DNA from: Rebecca billardiae RCC1528
Taxonomy: Eukaryota; Protista; Haptophyta
Reading direction: 5' to 3'
DNA: 64,000 nt
NCBI GenBank assembly: GCA_965240325.2
Contig: OZ251236.1
Location: 1,860,001-1,924,000 of the forward strand
The notes beneath the pieces were generated by a model that was not told the origin of the DNA, did no database searches, and saw nothing but the letters and a program-made list of their open reading frames with translations. The first letter of the stretch is position 1. Each line of letters begins with the position of its first letter. Below are positions 54,461-64,000 of this stretch, piece after piece. The position numbers and the translations under genes were made by a program.

Positions 54461-55214
54461 CTGGTGGCGCGCGCCGTGCAGGTAGGAGAGCCCGCGCAGC
54501 ACCTGCGCGCACACGGCGCTCACCACAAGCTCGGGCAGCGCGCCGGCGGGGGCGGCGGCGGCGGGCGCGGATGCCGGCGCGCCGGCCGCCGCCGCCCCGT
54601 CCGGCGGTGCGTGCTGCCCGCTCGGCCTCGCCCTCGCGGCCGCGTAGAGCGCCTCGACGGACGCGCGCATCAGCTGCAGCGCGAGGTGCAGCACGCCGTC
54701 CGAGTAGAAGGCGTCGAAGAACTTGACGAGGTGGTCGCACTCGCACGCGTACAGCACGCGCAGCTCGTTGATCGCCGCCGCGCGCGTCGCCTCGTCCGCC
54801 ATCATGTTGAGGCCCTGCGCGCGCGGCGCGACGCGCGCGCGGCGCGGGGGACGTGAGCGCGCGCGCGCGCGCGCGCGCCCGCAGCGGGCGCGCGCGGCGC
54901 GCGCGCACCTTGAGGGCGAGCAGCTTGCCCGTCGGGCGATGCCTCGCCACTTTCACCACGCTCGTCGCGCCCGAGCCCAGCGTGTGCAGCGGCTCGAGGT
55001 CTGCAAACGCCATCGCGGCATAGTCGGTGCGCGAGAGCGGCGCCGCGCTGATGCCGTTGAGCTTGATCGAGAAGCCGCCCTTGGAGAAGGTGCCCGTCTC
55101 CGAGAGGCTGAAGCCCTCGATCGCCGCGGAGCGCAGCGCCGGCGCCACCTCCAGCTTCAGCGGTACGCCCACCCGCTTCGACTTGGTCGGCGGCTTCGCT
55201 CCCGCCGACGCCAT
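53636..55214 (-). CDS. MAP kinase kinase (STE7/MEK family); introns 54815-54908, 54222-54319 and 53892-54003
   Basis: D-site KSKRVGVPLKL, LGSGATSVV, LALK, HRDLKPANVL, SDFGM, activation loop T-x5-S (DTRGMARSFVGTALYMA|PERI), DVWAVG, C|LRKAPAERP. Confidence 0.92.
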
Positions 55215-55318
55215 GCGGCCTCGGCCGCGGTGCACGGGGCCGCCCGCGCGCACTCTTTTTGCGACCGGACGGGGGTCGGGGGCGCCCACCCACCACCGGC
55301 GGAAGGGCACAACTCACG

Positions 55319-55531
55319 ATGGCGACGACGCCCGCGCTCGCGCTGGGCCTGGCGGTCGCGTGCGCCACGCTCGTGGGCGCGCGCGCGGCCACACCGACGT
55401 TTGGCGCGGGCGAGCCGCCGGCCGTGACGTCCAACGCCACCGCGCCGCCGCCGCCGTGCCCGCCGGGCGGGTGCCCGGCGGCGCGCGGCGCCGTGCCCGA
55501 GCGTGCCGAGCGCCGCGGCGGCGGCGGCGGC

Positions 55532-55562
<31 letters not shown>

Positions 55563-56848
55563 CGCGGGCGGCGCCCGGGACGAGCGAGGACGAGCTCGTG
55601 GCGTGCCTCGCGCGCGTGTCGCGCGCCGACTTCCGCTGGGCGCGCGCGCCGCTGAGCGAGGCGGAGCACCTGTGCCGCGCGAGCTTGATCGTGTGCGCGC
55701 TGCTGGGCGTGCGCGCGCTCACGTCGCTGCTGGCGCACACGCCCGACGCGCCGCGCGCGCTGGCGCTGCTCGGCGGCGGCGCGGTGAGTGCGCTGGCCGC
55801 GTGGAGCGCCGCGCTGCTCAGCGCGCAGTGGCTGCGCTGCGGGCTGGGCGCGTGCGCGTGGCTGTGCCTGGGGTGCGTGGGCGCGGGCACGGCGTGCGCG
55901 CTGCTGCTGTGCTGCCACCACGCGCACTACGCGCGCGAGCGCTGGCTGCCGCTCTCCGCGCTGCTGCAGCTGGCGGGCGCGCACGTCGCGCTGGCGCGCG
56001 TCGTGCGCGCCGAGCACGCGTGCGCGGACGCGCGCGGCGCCGTGCTGCTGCTGCGCGGGTGCGCGTGGCTGTGTGCGGGCAGCGGCGCTCTGCTGGCGCA
56101 GGCGTACGCACTGCTGCGGCAGGGCGCGCACAGGGCGGGGCCGCTGGGCTGGGGCGCGCCCATCGCGGCGTGGGGCGCGGGCTGGCTGGTGCAGGCCGAG
56201 CTGCTCGGCCGCGGGCTGCGCGCCGCCACGCACCCCGCGCGCCCCGCGCGCGCCGAGGGCGCGGCGGCGCTCGCGTGCGCGCCGTGCAGCGTGTGTGCGC
56301 GCGCGCTGGGCCTCGCGCTGCTCGGCTGCGCGCTCGGCCCGCGGCTCGGGCCGTGCGCGGCGGCGGCGGCGCTGCTCGCGCTCGGCGCGCTCGTGCCGCC
56401 GCTGCTGCGAGCGCCGCGCGGCGCCGGCGGCCCGAGCGCCGCGCGCGACCGCTGGGCCGCCGCGCTCGCGCACGCGCTGCTGCGCGCGGGGTGCCCCGTG
56501 CTGCTCGGGCTGAGCGAGCACCCGGCCACCGGACACGCGCCGAGCGCGGCCAAGGAGGCGCGCGTGCAGCTCGCGCTCGGCGCGGCCGAGGCGGCGCTGG
56601 GCGCGGCGGCGCTGAGCGCGCCGTCGGCGTGGCGCGCCGCGCAGCCGGCGCGCGTGCTGCTCGGCGCCGCGCTCGTGCTCGGCGCGTGCACCGCCGGCCG
56701 GCTGTGGGCGGTCGCGGTGCTGCTGCGCGCCAAGCGGCGCTGGGAGGAGAGGGGCGGCGCCGACGCGCGCGCGCACCTCCAGCACCACGCGGTGCCGACG
56801 CCGCAGCCGCAGCGGCAGCACCCGCCGTCGCACCAGCTGCTCGTCTGA
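55319..56848 (+). CDS. Uncharacterised multipass membrane protein with signal peptide
   Basis: Signal-like N-terminus and roughly 10 Leu/Ala/Cys-rich hydrophobic segments; GC3-biased codons; no family recognised. Confidence 0.6.
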
Positions 56849-57345
56849 CGCCGGGCGACGCGGCTGAGACGATGCGCAGCATCATCGATCGTCGGTGATG
56901 CGTTGATAGGAATATCAGAGACGCCGCGCGCCCGTTCGTCACGTGCACGGCTGTGACACGCGCTGCGCGCATCGCCATCATGTCGCGTCATCATCATCTT
57001 CGTCATCGTCATCATTATTGATGCTGTCGTCATCATCATCGCGTCGCGTCATCGATCAGTATAGTTATTGACTGACGACCGGCGATGTCACTTCCGATGT
57101 GATCACGACGGATGTGACGGTGACGCGATATAATTAATTAATTAACTAATTAATATATATATATATGTACCCGCCGCCGTATCCGTTCAGACCGCCGTGA
57201 CCGGACTGATGCGCGTCGTCATGACGTCCTCGGCATAGCGGCGCTTCGCGCACGCGATCGTACGATGAGTTGTCGTCGTCGACGTGAGCAGTCGTCCGTC
57301 ATCGCGTCCGTCATCGGTCGCGTTGCCGTGCTAGTGCTGGTCGCG

Positions 57346-58701
<1,356 letters not shown>

Positions 58702-58912
58702 CGCGGCGCGAGGAATTCGAACGGCGCAGCAGCGAGTGTTGATCTGCGCGTCCGGCGCGCGGCTGGAGCGCCCGGACTTGTGCGACGGGTGGCGCCCCGG
58801 TGCGCCCTCGCGAGGAGGCGGCGCTCCACTGCGCGGCAGGTCTGCAGCGAGCGGGAGCAGCGGCAACCGACTCGACGCGCGGGGGCGCAAACCCGTTGAG
58901 CAGCAGCGCGCG

Positions 58913-59224
58913 ATGGCGGACGAGCAGCCGGCAGGGGGCGACGTGGACATGGGGATGGCGGCGCCCGCGGCCGATCCGGCCGCCGCCGCCGACGACGCGC
59001 AGGGAGCAGGCGGCGACGCGGGCGGCGGCAGCGCCAAGCCGCAGACGGCGGTGCAGCAGCTCCCCATCCGCGCGTACCTCGACCAGACGGTGGTGCCGCC
59101 GCTGCTCACCGCGCTCTCCGCGCTGGTGAAGGAGCGCCCGCCCAACCCGGTCGAATGGCTCGCCACCTACCTCCTCCAGAACAACGACAAGCAGCCGGCG
59201 CCGAGCGCTCCGACAGCAGAGTGA
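58913..59224 (+). CDS. DPY30: Dpy-30 (COMPASS subunit)
   Basis: [44 protein letters not shown] is a canonical Dpy-30 motif. Confidence 0.92.
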   Translation: MADEQPAGGDVDMGMAAPAADPAAAADDAQGAGGDAGGGSAKPQTAVQQLPIRAYLDQTVVPPLLTALSALVKERPPNPVEWLATYLLQNNDKQPAPSAPTAE

Positions 59225-60262
59225 GCCGGAGCGCCAGGCCGCGCCGCACCGCGCCCGCGCGGGGCGGGGCGGCCGGCGGGGCGGCCGGCGCGGGCGGCTG
59301 CGCCGGCCTCGCGTGGCGTCTTCGCGCCGGCGGCCGCGCGCGCCGCGCGCCCGCCCGTCCGCCGGCCGCGCCGCGCAGGGCGCAGGGGCGAGACGCGGCG
59401 CGCGTGCGCGCACCGGCGCCGCACGCTCTCGGCGGGCGGGCGGGCGGTGCAGCGGGGCGCGCGGCCGGATCGCGGGGCCGGCCGGCCACCTCGCTGGGCC
59501 CGGCGCTGTGCGCGGAGCCGCGCGGCCCGTGCGCACACAGCCGCAGCGGCGCCCGGCCGGTCAGGCCTGGCTGTGGGGTTCAATCAGCCAGGCGTGAGGC
59601 GCGCGGGTGCCTGCCGCGCAGCCGGGGGGGGCATTGCTCGCTCGGATCAGCGCGAAGCTGCAGTCGTCGTGGCTGCAGGCGAAGGCAGCCGCGGTCTGTC
59701 TGTCTGGCCGTCGGTCGCGGCGGCCTGCGGCTGGGCCGCGCACGGCGCGCGTGCCTAGTCCACGCAGGCCGTGGTCGCGGGGCACTCATCAGTCATCACG
59801 CGACGGGCCGCTGCCACGCGCCGCCGCTGCTGCGGCTGTCACCGCAGTTACTCGGGCAGTTCCGTGTGAGTGTCACTCACCGCGGCGCGGCGCCGGAGGC
59901 TTCCGCCGCTGCCTGAGTCAATAATCTATCGTCTTCCGTACTAGATACACGCATATTAATATTATGTATACAGCTCGCATATGGCCATCGCATCACAGGC
60001 CATCACTCATCATCATCACTCAGAGGTGCTGACGCGGTGCTGAATCTGAAGCTCCGACGACGCCGACGCCGTCTCAACTCATCGTCGCGCATCATCGACC
60101 CATCGTCGGTCTCGTCGTCGGAGAGTCACGCCAGTCGTCGGAAGTCGCTGATCTGCCGCGCGTATGGTCCGCCTCGCCATTCTCGGGCGAGTGCGCATAC
60201 GCCGACATGCCGAGCTCGGACACGCCCACGCTGCGCCGGGATGGCGGACGGCCCCCTCTCTC

Positions 60263-62050
60263 TCAGATGAAGATGTTCTTGCCCGCCGCGTGCACCATGG
60301 GCGTGATGGCGCGCTTGAGCGCCGGCGGCGGCTTGGCGGCCGGGCTGCGCGCCTCGGTCTTGCGCTCGCGGCCGCGGCGGCCCATCGTCGCCATCCGGGT
60401 GAGGGCACGTCCCGCGCGCCCTGCGGCGTGATGGCGAAGCAGCAGCGCAGCCGGGCGGAGGGCGCCGAGGATGAGCAGGCGAGGCCGGGCCGGCGGGCGA
60501 GGCGGAGGAGCGCGCGCGCGCATGGACGCGCGCGCCCGCCGCCGCGTGCTATCGGCCCACCGCCCGGCTGACGCTGCGGCCGAGTGCGCGCAACGCACCC
60601 GGTGGGGAGGCCGAGCGGGCGCGCGGCTGGCGCTCGGGCGGCGGCGTGGGCAGCTCGCTCCACAGCTGCCGGTCCACCTCCGGCTCCTCCTCGTGCGGCG
60701 ACGCGGAGAAGGAGACGCGCGAGCCCGCAGAGCGCGCGCGCGGCTCGATGCTGCCCATGCGGCCGCGGCCGCGCGCGGGGGAGGGCGTGGCGGGCGAGGA
60801 GGGCGCGAAGACGGGCCACCAGCTCGAGCCGCCGCCGCCGCCCTGGCTGCCGGGGCTCGGCTCCGCGCCGCGCGCCTGCCGCCGCTCGCGCGAGGGCGAG
60901 CGCGTGTTCGTGCTGCCGAGCACCGCCAGCCCGAGCGCGCGGTCGGGCGGCGCGGAGAGCAGGTCGCCGTCTCTGGCGACCGGCGGCAGCCCCTGCTGCG
61001 GGCCCTGCCAGAAGGCCATCATCTCGAGCGAGACGGCGGAGGGCGCGGGGGCGGTCTGCACCTTGCCGCCCGCGCGCACGTCCTGCGTGTCGTTGAGCAC
61101 GGCGAGCTTCGACTGGTTCGCGAGCCGCTTGGCCCTGCGCTCGGCCGCCATCTGCTTCATCTGCGTCGTCTGGCGCGCGAGGCCGGGCGCAGAGCACGCG
61201 CGCGAGCACGAGCGGTCCATCGCGGACGTGGAGCCGCGGCGCGCGGCGAACTCGCCCTGCGGCGGGAGCTCGCCCCTCGCGACGGCCATGTCCGTCTCGA
61301 ACCTGCCCGTGACGATGGCGTCCCTGTGTATCGAGAAGTCGCCCATGAGCTTGTCCGAGTCCTTGCGGATCTTGTTCATGATGAAGAGCACAAACGAGGT
61401 GCAGATCACGCCCGAGATCAGGTGGAAGGCGAGGAACGACTGGGCGGCGCGGGGGGGCAGCGACGGGGGCGCACGGGTGAGGCCGACGACGACGACGCGC
61501 GCGCGCGCCCTCGCCCCCTGTGCCCTGTGTTGTGTGCGCTGCTGCGTGCGCGCACGTTGGCGCAGACGGAGACGTTGAAGAGCGTGAGCGCAGAGCGGAA
61601 CGTGCCGACCACCTCGCGGTTCACGCGCGCGAGGCCGATGACGGCGCGGTCCATCGAGCCCTCGGGCCCGCGCAGCGCGAGCCCGGGCCCGAGGATGCTC
61701 GTGATCAGGCAGATGTACAGCGTGTACAGCGTGCTGCCCATCGCGGAGATGGTGGAGGTGAGGTAGATGAGCTCGAGCACCACCTGGAAGATCTCAGACA
61801 CCGAGAGCTCGGAGAGGTCGCCCACGCCGATCACGAGGAAGACGACGCCGGGGTTGGCGGCGTAGATGCTCTTGAGCACCGCGCTCGACTTGTGCGTCGC
61901 GAGGATGGTGAACGCGAAGCCCGCGAGCAGCGCCGCCTGCCGGCCGACGTTGTTCACGTTGTTCGTGTAGTAGTTGAGCTCGCGCTCGCGCACGCTGATG
62001 ATGCGCCGGGTGGTGAAGGCGTGCAGGTCGCGCTTCGAGGCGAAGAGCAT
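60263..62050 (-). CDS. Membrane protein with Orai-like TM1; introns 61440-61555 and 60421-60598
   Basis: ELNYY...RQAALLAGFAFTIL resembles Orai SRTSALLSGFAM; further TMs; GPGLALRGPEGSMDRAV; intron phases give a continuous frame to the stop at 60263. Confidence 0.7.
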
Positions 62051-62419
62051 CGCGCCCGCCCGTCGCGCTCCGCCGCCCGCGCCGCGGGCGTGCGCTGCGG
62101 TGCCAGCTCAGCCCCGAAGCCGGCCGGATGCGGGGCGCCGCGCGCTGGATGCCCACCGCCCAAAGCGAGATGAGAGATTGGGGCACGTCAAGGGGCGCGA
62201 GCCGGTGGGTGCCTTTCATCAGGCCGCGTACGTGTGTGGCGGGTAAAAAGCGCGAGGGTGCTCACTTTGCGGTTACAACAGCCTTTCTCCTCGCCTCGGA
62301 AAGCGGCACCTCGCCGTTACGGACGTTTCCCGCGGGTACGTACACTCCGGACGCCGCTGCTCATGAACAGCGACGTCCTCGCGAGGCCGCACGCTCGTTC
62401 GCTGGCCAACGAATGAATA

Positions 62420-63520
62420 GTAAGGTTCGGGGGAGCTCCCGGACTGCAGTCTGAAAACGGACGTGACAACTTTTGTTGGCATGCTGTGGCCGCATGGCGG
62501 CCGGCCGCCCGCCGCCCACCGCCAACAAAAGTGCGTGCGCGTGCGTGGTGGACACGCACGTGTCGATGGTGTAGGCCTGGCAGGTCGGTACGTGCCATGG
62601 TCGATCTCCAGGCGCGTTTAAGCCCCCATCCCCGGCGCCTGAGGCACCACACAGGCTGGCGATGACAGACGTCGTGCTCAGCACGGGTGGCTGTGCATGC
62701 GCCGGTACGGCGGGGTGGTGCACATGAAGAGAGAGCCTAGAAAGGGGTGCCCTGCGTTCCCGCAGACCTAGTCTCCACTGCCGTCGCCCGGCGCGTGGGT
62801 CGGGTGTCCCAGTATGCTTGGAAGCGTCCCAAATGTCTTTTCTTCCACTATACCACGAGACACTTGCTTTTCAAACGAAATGTACGCAACTGCGCGTTTT
62901 GTATCGGGCAGATGGCAATGGTCCAGAGCCATGGCGCGCGCTGAAGTCCAGGGCGCAAATGGCCGTCAAGGCGCCGGTTGAGGTGTCGGGGTGACCACGC
63001 AGGACACACCAGACCTAACGGCCTCTCTCTCTGGAGACTTCCCGGCTGAACGCCTCGCTGAGGGTACACGCCCACGGCCTGTGTGTCGTACGGTGAGCAT
63101 TCGTTGCCATCCACCAACAAAGAGCGCTTCATAGGCCACCCATTCTTATGACACGCGCGCCGGGCGACGGCAGTGGAGACTAGGTCTGCGGGAACGCAGG
63201 GCACCCCTTTCTAGGCTCTCTCTTCATGTGCACCACCCCGCCGTACCGGCGCGTGCACAGCCACCCGTGCTGAGCACGACGTCTGTCATCGCCAGCCTGT
63301 GTGGTGCCTCAGGCGCCGGGGATGGGGGCTTAAACGCGCCTGGAGATCGACCATGGCACGTACCGACCTGCCAGGCCTACACCATCGACACGTGCGTGTC
63401 CACCACGCACGCGCACGCACTTTTGTTGGCGGTGGGCGGCGGGCGGCCGGCCGCCATGCGGCCACAGCGTGCCAACAAAAGTTGACGGGGCAGCTCCCGG
63501 ACTTGGCCCCCGAACCTTAC
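62420..63520. mobile_element. Fold-back / long-TIR non-autonomous element with TA flanks
   Basis: ta|GTAAGGTTCGGGGG ... CCCCCGAACCTTAC|ta; inner arms 62467-62795 and 63156-63484 are 329-bp inverted copies around a 360-bp spacer. Confidence 0.88.
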
Positions 63521-63549
63521 TATAACGATGCGTCGATGGGCGGCCGCCG

Positions 63550-64000
63550 TCAGTCTGCGGCGGCCGTCGCGGGCACGCGCGTGTACGCGGCGGGCGAGGC
63601 GGCGGAGGCGGAGGGCCCCGCGGCGCTGGACGGCCGGCGCGAGCCCACCGCCTTGCCCCACGCCGCCTCTTGCTCGGGCTCGCGCGCGCAGTAGCACACG
63701 AGCGCGAGCGCGGCGATCAGCCCGCCGACCGCCGCCGCCGACTTGCGCGCGTCCGCGGTCGACGCGTGCGGGATGGCGCGGCGCGTCGAGCGCAGCGTGT
63801 GCTCCGCGCCGCCCGCCGAGTAGTTCTTCATGCTCGCCTCGTCCACGGGCGGGCGCAGCACGAGGATCAGCGCGGAGAGCGGCGGCAGCGACACGTTGAG
63901 CGACATGGCTCGGCGCGAGCGCCGGTCGGCCTCGGACGTGGAGACGGTGACGACGCGCTCGCGCTTGCCCGCCAGCACCGTCGCACCCGCGCCGTCCGAG
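63550..64000 (-). CDS. 3' end of a gene; possible glycoside-hydrolase C-terminal beta domain plus TM anchor
   Basis: SLNVSLPPLSALILVL resembles GH13-type C-terminal strands, followed by VGGLIAALALVCYC; the frame is open to the window edge. Confidence 0.45.
   Translation of the reverse strand, partial: SDGAGATVLAGKRERVVTVSTSEADRRSRRAMSLNVSLPPLSALILVLRPPVDEASMKNYSAGGAEHTLRSTRRAIPHASTADARKSAAAVGGLIAALALVCYCAREPEQEAAWGKAVGSRRPSSAAGPSASAASPAAYTRVPATAAAD

Noticed and set aside
62848-63155. Transposase remnant in the fold-back spacer (CPAWSPRHLN)
   Set aside because: Only a vague resemblance to DDE motifs; too short to support.

Overview
Very GC-rich, gene-dense eukaryotic nuclear DNA with short GC-rich spliceosomal introns, head-to-head gene pairs and AT-rich microsatellite spacers at convergent gene ends. 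The style suggests a haptophyte-like alga (e.g. Pavlovales), but that is an inference. Most long ORFs in the track are GC shadow frames. About 19 real genes are supported: a CABIN1/HIR3-like gene missing from the ORF track, ERMARD-like, an RGS-domain GRK-like kinase, LepA/GUF1, F-box/RCC1, a coiled-coil EF-hand protein, a LURP-one/scramblase-like protein, an SPFH/stomatin protein, a doubly frameshifted GT2+GT4 fusion, an MBOAT acyltransferase, a MAP65/PRC1-domain protein, a putative GT-A protein, a 5090-aa intronless polycystin-1-like receptor, a MAPKK, a multipass membrane protein, a polyQ coiled-coil protein, DPY30, an Orai-like protein and a partial gene at the right edge. There is a TE-rich island at about 26.4-32.9 kb and a fold-back element at 62.4-63.5 kb. 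The most striking candidate system is the giant receptor: bacterial-type tip domains on a ~2350-aa Pro stalk, IPT/REJ/GPS, and its own IQ motif plus an EF-hand pair. All family calls come from motif recognition by eye; no database search was run.
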